From Chrysemys picta bellii (taxonomy: Eukaryota), in contig NC_088801.1 in assembly GCF_011386835.1 (NCBI RefSeq), forward strand, positions 62,930,001 through 62,994,000: a DNA stretch of 64,000 nt, given 5' to 3'. Position 1 is the stretch's first letter, and each line of letters opens with the position of its first letter. The notes under the pieces were generated by a model that searched no databases, was not told where the DNA came from, and was given only the letters and a program-made list of their open reading frames with translations. Below are positions 1-12,401 of this stretch, in pieces. Both the position numbers and the translations under genes were made by a program.

Positions 1-979
1 TCACCCTTGAGCCTGGGTGTATCTCTTTGGATGGGTGAACTGGGCCAGGGGTGCTCTTCTCTTCTTGCCTCCCAGAGTCTTCTGCTGGGCTGCTGTTGGT
101 GGCTCCTACAGTTAACCTCACACTGAAGCGCATGGGTCTGTTCAGCCCCCTCAGAGGTATTGTTTCAGGCTGGCTACAGACTTGGGCAGATGTCTCTGAA
201 TTGGTTCCACCTGGGTCATATTCAAGCTGTGCTTCACACACCCCTGGGACAGACACCTCAGTTTTCGTTATGCACAGAAAGTTCCAGTGTAATCCGGTGA
301 TTCCAGGAGCTGGGGCCCTTGACCTAGGCCTGTGGTCCCTATAGCTAGTTAATCCTGCCCTGGCTGGATCGGTGCTCAGGTAACTCGGGCCTGAGGCTCG
401 GCTGGGCAGAGAGCTATGATTGATGCTGTCTCTCGGCTGGGAGGAGGATGTGGTTCATTCCTGCCATCAGCTGGGTGCCCAGCTCTGCCTGCTCCATGCC
501 TGGCTGAGGGGGCGCCGGCTATTGCTCCCTGGTGATGCTCCCAGTACCTCTTTAGCCCTAGCTCCAAATCTGTGACCATGGGTGGGCTAGAGGATTATCA
601 TCTAGACTACAGCTGTATGGTTACAGTCCTCCCGCCCCTCTCTATCCTCCAAGCCCTGTATGTTTCATTCTATAGTTCAGCTCCTATGAAGTGGCCTGCA
701 CACTGCATTTTGGGTAAGGTCTGCACAGCCATGGAGGTGATTGGGACGGAGCCTGGTGCTCCTGTACGCCCTTGTGTGGCTGCCTAGATCTGAGCCCTGT
801 GTTTGGCGTTGAGCACTTTGTGCTGGAAGTAGCTATGCAATGCTGGGGGAGGGCAGGGAAAGATGAGGGACTAATTTTGGATCAGAAGATGATACCGTAG
901 CCCAAGAACACACAAGCCTCGACGTTCCCCTTAGTACACTTACAACAGCACACGGAGAGCACAATGGTTGCTAAAGCAT

Positions 980-985
980 TTTATT
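980..985 (-). terminator. Polyadenylation signal AATAAA, 35 nt after the stop of copy 1
   Basis: tttatt on + strand; the same motif sits at the same spacing in all copies (13270..13275, 20208..20213, 32359..32364, 46875..46880). Confidence 0.85.
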
Positions 986-1019
986 CATTAAGACCCTTCC
1001 AGACAAAAGGCGTCTTGAT

Positions 1020-3844
1020 TCAGTAGAGATCAGTGGCACGTCTCAAAGAGCCGACTCTGCCACTCATAGAGCCCCACTCGCTGAATCTCCGGTACTGCCC
1101 TGGCCTCAGGAGGTACTGGCGGCCTCTGTAATTCGGCAATTCGTAAAGGATCCAGTACCCGTCCAGCACAGAACAAGAGAGCATCTCGGGGGAGCGTAGC
1201 TGGTCCATGACTTGTGGAGAGTCCTCGGTTAACTCTACCATGTTGCCTCTGTGATCCTCCTTCTCATAGATCTTTATCCTGTAGGTGCCCCTGTGCTGTG
1301 ACAGAAAATGAGACAGGGTAATAGTGACTGCAGCAGACTGGCTGCCTGTGATCCTGGGCCCTGAGTCAGCCCTGTGCACTGCTCCAGTGATGCAAAGGGC
1401 GCTTAATGCTGCCTCTGGTCTCCAGAGGAGGGGAATCCTTGAATGCTGCAAAGGCAGCACATCCACCCATTTGACTGAGACCTACGTGAGCCAGCATGTC
1501 TGGGGTGGGGAGGGAGCCCAGCCAAGCACAAGAGGGGACAAGGCTGCAATGTACAATGCTGGCCAGTCCTCAGCCAGCACAATGATCCCATAGGCCAGGA
1601 GTTCTCAATCTTTTTCTTTCTGAGGCCCTGGTGACGGGGCATGCTTGCCCCACACCAATACTGCAAAGGTTAAATCTACTCTTTGGGCTGAGGAGGCCAC
1701 CACCCTTGGCCCTGCTGGGTGTGTTCCATCTGTAGACCAGGTATAAAAGGGAGCAGCCCAGCTCATTTGGGGCTGACTGCTGAGGAGGGAGGACGCCCGC
1801 TGGAGGCTCCAGCCCTGGAACTGCTGAGGCCTCAGAAGGAAGAAGCCGGAGATGCTGAGACACAGGCAAATGCCCAAGTTCCTGCATATGCCCAAGGAGT
1901 GACAAAGCTGCTGAGAGCCGCACAGGCTGAGGAGCCTATGGACTTCGGAGATGCCAGGACGACTCCACCAGGGACAGGATAGGAAATAGGTCAGGGAGAC
2001 TAGGCAGTGTACCAAGTGTTGTCAGTGTGTTTTGGTTGGATTCCTCACTGACTCAGTGGTGAGCATACTTGCCACTGTCAGGGCCCTGAGCTGGGACCTG
2101 GAGCAGGGAGGGCACGAGTCCCCCTTCCCGGTTTCCACCCCCCTCAGGTGGCAGCCCACTCCCTTGACCAGCCTACTGAAGAGGGCCATTATATTGACTC
2201 TGGCCATTTGGCCACACAGTCCTGCTGATTTGGGCCACAAGGACACGCAGTCCTGACGGACGGCAGCCATATTGATTTTTACCCTTAGGCAAAGCTGTCC
2301 CAAGATAAAGGGTGATTGTATAGATTCAACTGCGGGGCCATAATTATCCTCACTCCTTCCCAAGAAGGGATGGGTCACACTTGCCCCACGACAGGGTCCC
2401 CTAACATGCTATAAAAACTCCACGGACCTCTGTGCCATAACAACAGTTTTTCTGCATATAAAAGCCGGGGCTGCCATTAGAGGGTAGCAAGCAGGGCAAT
2501 TACCCAAGGCCCCGTGCCACAGGGGGCCTTCGAAGCTCAGCTGCTCTGGCTTACGCTTCAGGCACGGGTGGTGGGGCTCAGGGCACTGGGGCTTCGGCTT
2601 TCCGTCCTGGGCCCCGGTGCGTCAAATGCTGGCCTTGCATTGAGATTCTATGAAACCCATTCGTGGCCCACCAGGGGGCCTCAGATCCCTAGTTGAGAAC
2701 TGCTGGCAGAGGCTACACTAAGTTCTGATAGGGGGTGTTTCAGGCTTCAGCAGCCCCAAAACCAAGGAAACAGAAAAGTGACTTTGTTCTAAAGAGTCTC
2801 AGAAAATGTTGAGCCCAATTCTCCCCTCACACGGGTGTAACTCTCTGGGCTTCAAGGAGTTACTCCTTATTTTACACCAGTGTGCGGGGAGTGGGCCCAG
2901 TGTATCTCCAAATCCCCAGAAGTTACGGATCCATTTTCCCTTCTTAACTCGAAGTATGTTGTTGTTCACTGTCCATATTCCTAACCACAGGACAGCTGCA
3001 CCAACGCCCAGAACAGGCAGCCGTAGAGGAAGTTTCCTATCCTATCCCTGCAATGTCCCCCCAGCCATCCTGGAGGGATGACCACTAGGAGGAAGAAAGC
3101 AGTTCTCGTTTTCAGTCCTTGGGAGCTCAGTTGAAAATGATCAAGCAAGAGCCTTATGACGGTGGCTTGGGCAACGTTGCCATTTTTAAAAGCAAAATCC
3201 AACTCACAGGTGGTATCATCCGGCAGGACTTAATGGAGGTGCTGAAACCCTCAGACTGCATGTCGGGATAATCCCCCCGTTTCAGAAAGAACTGCTGTCC
3301 CTGGAAGTTGGGACGTTCATAGAGCATGAAGCAGCCACTTTCCACGCGGACGGAGTTACAGCGGCTGAGCTGACTTTGAAAATCCGGCCGGTCGCTGCTG
3401 CACTCAACGGAGCGGCCCTGGAAGTTTCTGTCCTCGAAAAGAGTGATCTAGTGCGAGAAACAAATGGCAGAGTTTGCAGTAACATCCTATACAGTGTGAC
3501 TGCGTCCTGGTATTCTAATTTCTCTCCATCCAGCACACTAAGCCTGAAGTGTCTGGACCTTGCATTTTACCCACAGTGATGATAAACTGATATACTCCTG
3601 TGACTTCAGTGGAACTGATCCTCATTTACACAAGTGTAAGCGAAAGCAGAATTGGGCTGTGAGAGATTAATATACAGGGACTAATAGAAGCAGTAGGTCC
3701 CCTAGCTCTGCATTCTTGATTCTCCTCTTCTACTGATATAGGCCAGGAGTAACTCTGTTGTAAATGGGAGGAGAATCAGGTCCCTGGCTTCAGGCTGACC
3801 TAGCGTACAACCCAGTCCAGACAGGTTTCTCTTACCTTTTCCAT
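1020..3844 (-). CDS. CRYG: Gamma-crystallin, copy 1 (174 aa); join(3836..3844, 3208..3447, 1020..1295)
   Basis: Exon 1 ATGGAAAAG|GTAAG (MEK). Exon 2 is 240 bp, tag|ATC...CCACCT|[86 protein letters not shown]. Exon 3 cag|[20 protein letters not shown]...[47 protein letters not shown]. Classic 3-exon, phase-0 gamma-crystallin layout with Greek-key motifs. AATAAA at 980..985. Orthology within the family is not resolvable by eye. Confidence 0.95.
1629..2439 (+). mobile_element. Old solo-LTR-like element in intron 2, antisense to the gene
   Basis: TGTGA...(G/T)CACA ends (perfect TGTGA/TCACA in copy 4) and internal GGTATAAAAGG at 1742..1748. Homologues at 20867..21705, 33018..33883 and 47551..48362; absent in copy 2. 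No clear TSD. Confidence 0.55.
3717..3778. repeat. Short hairpin MITE-like remnant in intron 1
   Basis: Perfect 11-bp inverted ends TGATTCTCCTC / GAGGAGAATCA; a homologue lies in intron 1 of every copy, with a degenerate right arm in copies 3 and 4. Confidence 0.55.
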
Positions 3845-3894
3845 CGTAGCTGGATTCAGGCTGCAAGCCTTAGTACTCCAGCTGGGCAACTGCC

Positions 3895-3941
3895 TTTTTA
3901 TACCTCATAACCAGTGCTAAGTGTGCACACGTTAACAAAAG
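3895..3941 (-). promoter_or_regulatory. Copy 1 proximal promoter: TATA (3895..3902), MARE-like TGC-N7-GCA (3915..3927), SOX site CTTTTGTT (3934..3941)
   Basis: Minus strand reads CTTTTGTTaacgtgTGCACACTTAGCActggttatgaggTATAAAAAgg, about 50 nt upstream of the ATG. Same SOX-MARE-TATA order as the characterised mouse gammaF-crystallin promoter. Confidence 0.75.
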
Positions 3942-4595
3942 TCTTTTCTCTGTTCATAGAGCCAACTCATGACTCTGGGGGATCATTCACTCTTTGTACT
4001 AGTGTCCATAGGTTTTGTGTTGTGGGGAACTGGTTTTATTCCTATTGTTACCAGTGACCAGTTCAGCACAGCCATTTTTACATTGAAGACAACATAGTAC
4101 AAGAAAAGAGAGAAACTTCTGGCTGAGTGACAGAGGGGACTGGATGTCGATGCCATCACAAACCTTCTCTATAGAGTCTCTGCAGTTCCATTGTTATTAG
4201 TGAATGCAGAAGTGGTTCAATAAAGATGGAAAAGGGTTCAAATTACAAAATAGAAAGTAGGGAGATAAAAACAGAAATGTGAATGTAAAAAAAAAAGTCA
4301 AAAGGGCTTAGATAGACCTCATGTGTGTTTTTGCCATTCTGTAGCTTTGGGGTCAGATGTATGGAGTCTGGAATGTCCTCCTGCGAGACCAGCATGAGAT
4401 GAGCAGCTGTTCAGTAGGTGTGCAGCGTCCACCCCCACCCGTAGCCACACAGGGCTGTTCTGAGTCCCCAGGTCTAGTCATTTCCAGCACCTCATCACCC
4501 CACATTTCCAATGGTTGAGCTTGCACAATATTTAGCCTAGCAGCCCATGGCCAGGCAGTCTTCCATTAGGCTGAATGAGGAGAAGGAGTTTCTCA

Positions 4596-4917
4596 GGCCT
4601 TGTCTACACTACAGAGTTTTGTTGACAAAAATTAAGCCCTTTAATTAAAGTGCTTCCATTAAATCACTGTTGCACGTCCTCATTATGGTCCTCATGTCGG
4701 CGGAGCCCATCCACACTAGCAGCTCTTGCATTGATGCAAGAGCTGTGCAGTGTGGGTAGCTATGCCACTGCAACTAGCTGTAGGGTTTTGGGAAAGGTAC
4801 AGTCACATGATGCAGGTTTCTCAATCCCATCATTCCATGGGCAGCCTACTAGATTGCCAGCTGCTTTTCAGCTGAAGTGTATGTGAGGCAGGAGGGGGAG
4901 AGTTTGTGACAGGGACC

Positions 4918-4949
<32 letters not shown>

Positions 4950-6491
4950 CAGAAACAGAGTGTGTGTTGTGGGAGAGTGTGAGATATTGTGTGGGTGGGT
5001 GGGGCGGGGGGAATGTGTGTTTGGGGAGAGTGTGTTGGCATGCTGTCGCTCTAAGTTCAGACAGCAGCCTGAGGCAGTGCTGGGTGCTGGGTTTACAATG
5101 GCTCCAGTGGCTCCATGGAGCCGGGCCCATGCTCAGAGGGGGTCCCGGCCTGCTCCACTTGCACTGCGCCCTGAGACCCTGCTGGCTCCCCCTGCCCACC
5201 ACTTGCTCCTCTCGGCCTGCCCGCTGGCTGGCTGAGGGCTCCTCTCCGTCCCCACCCCCACCCACCTGCTTTTCCCTGCCCCCTGGCCAGACCCCAGTGC
5301 ACCTCCAGCTCTGGGAAGTCTCTGTTTCCCACCACCTGTGGGGTCCCGCCTGTCTCCCCGGAGCTGAGCCACCTGGGATTGCTGCAGAAGCCTGGCCATT
5401 GTCAGCTCTCAGTCGGTGGTGGGGGGAGGATGGGGCTTGGCTGGGCCTCTTTAGGCAAGTGGGTCCTTAGGGACCCCGGTCGGGGCAGGCCCTGGCCTGT
5501 CTGATCGCGCCACTCCCAAGAGGCTGGAGCGATTCCCTGTCCTGGGACCAGCCCTGGCTGCGCTGCCAGCTCAGCCTGGCAGACAGTCGCCTCCCAGCAG
5601 GGCTGGTGAGTGTGGCTGGGAGGCAGTGCGTGGGGGAGAGGGTCTCTTAGGGGTTTGGGGCGGTGCTGGGCTGTGAGGAGGCAAGGAAGATGTGTGTGTT
5701 GGGGCAGTAGGGAGTGGGGGTTCTGTGGGGGTGCCGGGCAGTTTGGTGGGGCTGTGGGCGGGGAGACACTGGGCTGTGCATTTGTGGGTGGGTCAGGGGG
5801 ACACTGGCCATAGGGAGTCAGGGGGTGTTGGGCAGGGCAGCTGTGTGGTGCAATATGGGCCCGCCCCCCAAGGGGAAGGGGTATGCTGGCAGCACAGGGC
5901 CAGGTGGGCCACTGCCGGTTTGTAAATAGTGCCCTTGCACTGGGCTGAGCAGAGTGGGGCCTCCCCTCCTATGCCATGCCCCATTGCCTCTGGCTCGCCC
6001 CTCGCTCTGGGGACTGACCTCCCCGCGCCATGCTCCATTGCCTCCATGGGGGCCCACAAATATGTTTGGCAACAGGTCCAAAAAGGTTAATCCGTCCCTG
6101 GCAACCAATCCTGCAGGTGGGGGACACCCCCGCCCCACATCAGCCCCTGGCTCTGCACAGCACAGCAATCTTCCTCCCCTCCCGCCCCTGCAGAAGCAGC
6201 TTGCTCTGCCTGCCTGCCAATTCCACATTAATGGTTCTGTGATTCCCTCTGAGTTCTCCCACAGCCTCCTCAGCTGCAGGGAGCGGCATCTTCAGCAGCT
6301 CCGTGAGCTCTCCACACTGAGGAATGTCAAAGCTTGCACATGCCTGCAGGGCAGCTGAATTCAAAACAGTGAGCAGAGCGGTCACGGTGGGCATTGTGGG
6401 ATACTGGGGGAGGCCAGTTATAGCGACATAATGAACGGCAGCATCTACACTGACGCTTTCTCGCTTTAACTTTGCTGTAAAAAGCTCCATG
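4596..6491. mobile_element. Harbinger-type MITE (right end lost) with about 1 kb of extra GC-rich sequence (about 5077..6103)
   Basis: Left TIR GGCCTTGTCTACACTA; collinear with the complete copy at 15721..16726 except for the GC-rich block. Confidence 0.7.
4917..4950. repeat. Compound (TG)n(AG)n microsatellite
   Basis: gtgtgtgtgtgtgtgagagagagagagagac read directly. Confidence 0.9.
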
Positions 6492-6494
6492 TCT

Positions 6495-8200
6495 GTAGTC
6501 CATGTGGTTTTATGAGATGAGAGTGGCTGATCCCAGATGATCCCACTGGATACTCAGTTACATCCCCTTTGACATTGAACCATGCCTTGGTTTTTTATAC
6601 TTTCGCTTCCTTTCTTACCGTCACACTCCTGTGTATCTCCAAAACCTGCATCTGCAAGTCCTGTACCAGGCTTCTGACAGGGCCACTGTAGCTAGATGGG
6701 CTGGAACTGGGTTAATTATATCCTTCCACGCTCTCACTGGTCTTCCCATCAAGGCATCATTGGGGGGAAAAGCTTGTGGATTTGTATTCTGTACCTGTGA
6801 TGCACATTAGTACCGGTAGTAACGCTTCATCCCAATTGCTGCCTGTTGAATTCACCTCTTTTTTTTACCTTGGATCTGATGGTCCTATTTATTCGCTCAA
6901 CCTGTCCTGCTGCTGCTGGCTGACAGGGAATGGGAACCTTTTGATCTCCATCCAGACAGATGCACACTTCTTTGACCCCACAAATCCGCTCCCATTGTCT
7001 GAGTCAATAACTTAGGCTCCCCATCTGCAGAACACATTGCTAATCAATTATTTCACTCTTGTTAGAGCAGTCACATATTTAGTGTGGAAGGTCTCCTTCT
7101 CCAGGTGTGAGAAAGCATTTACATCAACTAGCACAGGGGGCCGGCTTTAAGCCGATTCGGCTGATTCCTCAGAATGGGGCCCCGCGCCTAAGAGGGCCCC
7201 GCAACGTCCGGGGCTGCTGGCGGAGCGAAAAAAAAAAAAAAGCTGCATCCTGCTTCTCCTCCCTCCCTCCAGCACTTGCGCCGCCATACAGCTGATCAGC
7301 GCAAGCCTGGGAGGGAGGGGTGAGGAGGAGGAATGCGACGTGCTGGGGAAGAGGCGGAGCCAGGGCGGGGATTTGGGGAGGGATCCAATGGGGCAGGGAG
7401 GGGGCGGGGCTGGGGGCAGGGCCATGGCGGGGATTTGGGGAGGGATCCAATGGGGCAGGGAGGGGGCGGGGCTGGGGGCAGGGCCACGGCGGGGATTTGG
7501 GGAGGGATCCAATGGGGCAGGGAAGGGGCAGAGTTGGGGCTGAGGGGGGCACGGGACAATTCGCATCCCGGCGTGGGGCCCCGCACATGCTAAAGCCGGC
7601 CCTTTTGTTACCTGATAAGGACACCTCCCGAGTATAGTCTATTAGAATTCATTTCCATGGACCTCTCAGTGCCTGTCTCAGAACAGCGTTTTTTGTTAGC
7701 TGGATTGTGTCTGGCACAGATTAGGGAAGTATCAAGGTGTTCCTTCAAGTTTCTTTCCCATTGGGGCCACTACCATATTTTTGCTAATCTGTCTTTGGCC
7801 TCTGTGTCTTTGGAGTGATCATCCACAGTGGACCCACGCACCCATAAGAGCCAATCTTTTTGCATATTTTGTGGTGCCACCCATACTAACCTTTCTTTAA
7901 ATTAAACATGGGAGTTCTTGCTGTATGATTAAGTTTTGACCTTGTACATTCATGTTTTGGCTGCAAGCTTGCTCCCAAAGTGGTCTTAACTTCACATCCT
8001 GTTGTTGAATGCTCTGTAGCTCACTCCGCTTTATCTTATTGTGATAGTTGCTGGCCTAAAGTGAAAACTGCTACAAGGATAGCTTTCAAAGCAGTCTCCC
8101 ATGGCCAGGGTGCTTCTGTAACTGCTGCATTTCTGGCTGCTAAATCGGCTGTCTCATTTTTGTTGTTTATTGTTAAATAGGTTCCCTTTTGTATGTGTGT
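6495..8200 (-). mobile_element. Decayed Gypsy/retroviral-like integrase region, part of the tandem unit (interrupted by the MITE at about 7134..7603)
   Basis: Homologous to 28210..29350, whose minus-strand ORF 28587..28847 reads LVVVNAFSHW...VFCRWG...IDSDNGSGFVG (integrase core). Confidence 0.6.
7134..7603. mobile_element. hAT-type MITE with an internal GC-rich minisatellite of about 55 bp x3
   Basis: Inverted ends GGGCCGGCTTTA / TAAAGCCGGCCCT. Unit ggcggggatttggggagggatccaatggggcaggg... repeats at about 7365..7530. Empty site tagcacatacttgttacc at about 28842..28859. Confidence 0.75.
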
Positions 8201-8244
8201 GTGTGCACGTAAGTGTCTGATTTTTAACCATGTCTGTTGGCTAA

Positions 8245-8897
8245 TGAGGAGCTTAGAGATAGTGGCAGGGTAGAAGTCAGACTCGAACAGCTTAATGGGA
8301 GTAAATTGTGGGGCCCAAATAATTTCCATCCAAGAATATTAAAGGAACTGGTACATGAAATTACAAACCCAATAGATAGGATTTTTAATGAATCTTTAAA
8401 CTCAGGGGTCATACTCGCTAACTGGAGAATTACTAATATAGTTCCTATTTTTAAGAAAAGGGGAGGGGCGGGGGAAATGATCCGGGAAACTAAGGGCCTG
8501 TTAGTTTAATGTCAATTGTATGCCCGGTCTTGGAACAAATTTTGAAAGAGAAAGTAGTTAAGGATGTAGAGGTAATTGGGGGGGAAAATACAACGTGGTT
8601 TTACAAAAGGTAGATCATGCCAGACCAACCTGATTTCCTTCTTTGAGAAGATAATTGACTTTAGATCTACTGCATTTCATTTGTCTCAAATCTATCTGCT
8701 CTAATTTACCTGGATTTCAGTAAGGCTTTTGATGTAGTTCCACATGGGAAATTATTAGTTACACTGGAGAAGATGGGGATTAATATGAGAATTGAAAGGT
8801 GGATAAGGAGTTGGTTAAAGGGAAAACTACAATGGTACATACTGAAAGACGAACTGTCAGGCTGGAGTGAGGTTACTAGTGGAGGTCTTCAGGGAAG
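8245..8897 (+). mobile_element. Degenerate CR1 reverse-transcriptase fragment
   Basis: ORF 8237..8509 GPNNFHPRILKEL...WRITNIVPIFKK, followed by CR1 RT-like DNA (ctggatttcagtaaggcttttgat = LDFSKAFD). Confidence 0.8.
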
Positions 8898-9211
8898 ACA
8901 GTTTTGCTGACATGCAGTTTTTTTTAAAGATTAGATGCTGGGTGCTAGCGGGGCTAATTGGGAAGTAGCACAGGATTGTGGGAAATGCCCACCAGACAGC
9001 TGGGCTGCAGGGAGCCTCATAACCTGGAGGGGGTGACAGTAGTGCCCTAGCCAGAGGGCTGAGTCATGAAATCATGAATGGGAGGTCCCAGGACTTGCCC
9101 TTGAGCTGGGTGTAGCTGTTTGGGTGGGTGGACTGGGCCAGGGGTGCTTTTCTCTTCCTGCCTCCCACAGTCCTCTGCTGGGCTGCTGTTGGTGGCTCCT
9201 ACAGTTAATCC

Positions 9212-12200
9212 AGGAGATGGGGGAAAGCCGACTGCTGCAGAGGAGCATGTGGCTCGGACAGAGATTTCTCGTAGGGGAGAGTCTAATGATAGAGAATCTC
9301 CAGGTTATAGTCAGGAGCAGAGGATGGAAGAGGATAAAGTAAGGGCCAGATCAGATGATAAACAGTCACATAAAAAAGAATCTGATACATCAGAAAAGGG
9401 CAGACAAATAAACAGTGACAAGTTTTTAAAGTGCTTGTACACAAATGCTAGAAGTCTAAATAATAAGATGGGTGAACTAGAGTGCCTTGTGATAAAGGAG
9501 GATATTGATATAATAGGCATCACAGAAACCTGGTGGACTGAGAGCAATCAATGGGACACAATCATTCCGGGGTACAAAATATATCGGAAGGACAGAACAG
9601 GTCGTGCAGGGGGGGAGTGGCACTATATGTGAAAGAAAATGTACAATCAAATGAAGTAAAAATCTTAAGCAAATCCACATGTTCCATAGAATCTCTGTGG
9701 ATAGAAATTTCATGCTCTAATAAGAATATAACATTAGGGATCTATTATCGACCACCTGACCAGGACAGTGATAGTGATGATGAAATGCTAAGGGAAATTA
9801 GAGAGGCTATCAAAATTAAGAACTCAATAATAGAGGGGGATTTCAATTATCCCCATATTGACTGGGAACATTTCACTTCAGGACGAAATGCAGAGATAAA
9901 ATGTCTCGATACTTTAAATGACTGCTTCATGGAGCAGCTGGTACGGGAACCCACAAGGGGAGAGGCAACTCTAGATTTAGTCCTGAGTGGAGCGCAGGAG
10001 CTGTTCCAAGAGGTAACTATAGCAGGACCGCTTGGAAATAGTGACCATAATACAATAGCGTTCAACATCCCTGTGGTGGGAAGACCATCTCAACAGCCCA
10101 ACACTGTGGCATTTAATTTCAAAAGGGGGAACTATGCAAAAATGAGGGGGTTAGTTAAACAGAAGTTAAAAGGTATAGTGACTAAAGTGTAATTCCTGCA
10201 AGCTGCATGGGCGCTTTTTAAAGACACCATAATAGAGGCCCAAATTCAGTGTATACCCCAAATTAAGAAACACAGTAAAAGAACTAAAAACCATGTAAAA
10301 GAAGCAGTGAGAGATAAAAAGACTTCCTTTAAAAAGTGGAAGTCAAATCCTAGTGAGGCAAATAGAAAGGAGCATAAACACTGCCAAATTAAGTGCAAGA
10401 ATATAATAAGAAAAGCCAAAGAGGAGTTTGAAGAACGGCTAGCCAAAAACTCCAAAGGTAATAACAAAATGTTTTTTAAGTACATCAGAAGCAGGAAGCA
10501 AGCTAAACAACCAGTGGGGCCCCTTGATGATCGAGATACAAAAGGAGCGCTTAAAGACGATAAAGTCATTGCGGAGAAACTAAATGGATTCTTTGCTTCA
10601 GTCTTCACGGCTGAGGATGTTAGGGAGATTCCCAAACATGAGCTGGCTTTTGTAGGTGACAAATCTGAGGAACTGTCATGGATTGAAGTGTCACGAGAGG
10701 AGGTTTTGGAATTAATTGATAAACTTAACATTAACAAGTCACCGGGACCAGATGGCATTCACCCAACAGTTCTGAAAGAACTCAAATGTGAAGTTGCGGA
10801 ACTGTTAACTAAAGTTTATAACCTGTCCTTTAAATCGGCTTCTGTACCCAATGACTGGAAGTTAGCTAATGTAATGCCAATATTTAAAAAGGGCTCTAGA
10901 GGTGATCCCGACAATTACAGACCGGTAAGTCTAATGTCTGTACCGGGCAAATTAGTCGAAACAATAGTTAAGAATAAAATTGTCCGACAAATAGAAAAAC
11001 ATAAACTGTTGAGCAATAGTCAACATGGTTTCTGTAAAGGGAAATTGTGTCTTACTAATCTATTAAAATTCTTTGAAGGGGTCAACAAACATGTGGACAA
11101 GGGGGATCCAGTGGACATAGTGTACTTAGATTTCCAGAAAGCCTTTGACAAGGTCCCTCACCAAAGGCTCTTATGTAAATTAAGCTGCCATGGGATAAAA
11201 GAGAAGGTCCTTTCATGGATTGAGAACTGGTTAAAAGACAGGGAACAAAGGGTAGGAATAAATGGTAAATTCTCAGAATGGAGAGGGGTAACTAGTGGTG
11301 TTCCCCAAAGGTCAGTCCTTGGACTGATCGTATTCAACTTATTCATAAATGATCTGGAGAAAGGGGTAAACAGTGAGGTGGCAAAGTTTGCAGATGATAC
11401 TAAACTGCTAAAGATAGTTAAATCCAAAGCAGACTGTGAAGAACTTCAAAAAGATCTCACAAAACTAAGTGATTGGGCAACAAAATGGCAAATGAAATTT
11501 AATGTGGATAAATGTAAAGTAATGCACATCGGAAAAAATAACCCCAATTATACATACAATATGATGGGGCTAATTTAGCTACAACAAGTCAGGAAAAAGA
11601 TCTTGGAGTCATCGTGGATAGTTCTCTGAAAATGTCCACGCAGTGTGCAGAGGCGGTCAAAAAAGCAAACAGGATGTTAGGAATCATTAAAAAGGGGATA
11701 GAGAATAAGACTGAGAATATATTATTGCCCTTATATAAATCGATGGTACGCCCTCATCTCGAATACTGCGTACAGATGTGGTCTCCTCATCTCAAAAAAG
11801 ATATACTGGCACTAGAAAAGGTTCAGAAAAGGGCAACTAAAATGATTAAGGGTTTGGAACGGGTCCCATATGAGGAGAGATTAAAGAGGCTAGGACTGTT
11901 CAGCTTGGAAAAGAGGAGACTAAGGGGGGATATGATAGAGGTATATAAAATCATGAGTGATGTGGAGAAAGTGGATAAGGAAAAGTTATTTACTTATTCC
12001 CATAATACAAGAACTAGGGGTCATCAAATGAAATTAATAGGCAGCAGGTTTAAAACAAATAAAAGGAAGTTCTTCTTCACGCAGCGCACAGTCAACTTGT
12101 GGAACTCCTTACCTGAGAAGGTTGTGAAGGCTACGACTATAACAGAGTTTAAAAGAGAACTGGATAAATTCATGGTGGTTAAGTCCATTAATGGCTATTA

Positions 12201-12401
12201 GCCAGGACGGCTAAGGAATGGTGTCCCTAGCCTCTGTCTGTCAGAGGATGGAGATGGATGGCAGGAGAGAGATCACTTGATCATTGCCTGTTAGGTTCAC
12301 TCCCTCTGGGGCACCTGGCATTGGCCACTGTCGGTAGACGGGATACTGGGCTAGATGGACTTTTGGTCTGACCCGGTACGGCCTTTCTTATGTTCTTATG
12401 T
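9212..12401 (+). mobile_element. 5'-truncated CR1 LINE with nearly the whole ORF2 (APE endonuclease + RT), disrupted
   Basis: LKCLYTNARSL, GITETWW, YYRPP, GDFNYP, SDHN (endonuclease); KSPGPDGIH, YLDFQKAFDKV, GVPQ, FADDTKL (RT); ORF pieces 9120..9632, 9551..10192, 10307..11578, 11614..12201. 3' tail (TTCTTATG)x2. Inserted into gttaatcc|cacactg, which is intact at about 19358..19372. Confidence 0.95.

Noticed and set aside
1296-1466. N-terminal extensions of the exon 3 ORFs (148-229 aa ORFs at 1020, 13310, 20248, 32399, 46915)
   Set aside because: They are intron 2 read in frame. A clear acceptor (ttttctgtcacag|CAC) precedes HRGTY, and the extensions vary in length between copies.
3282-3579. 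Recurrent ORFs MLDGEKLE... (-) and [10 protein letters not shown]... (+) in every copy
   Set aside because: Alternative-frame and antisense shadows of exon 2 and intron 1; they recur only because the unit is duplicated.
1020-3844. Classifying the genes as fish-type gammaM crystallins
   Set aside because: Only 8 Met in 174 aa and a conventional C-terminal domain; shared loss of N-terminal Trp alone is insufficient without a phylogeny.
7365-7530. Regular repeats that could suggest a CRISPR array
   Set aside because: Contiguous tandem units without unique spacers, in eukaryotic DNA with no cas genes.
7147-7637. Several Pro/Gly-rich repetitive ORFs on both strands (also 4849..6358, 29708..30677, 51344..51954)
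   Set aside because: They are translations of GC-rich MITE interiors and minisatellites, with no recognisable protein features.
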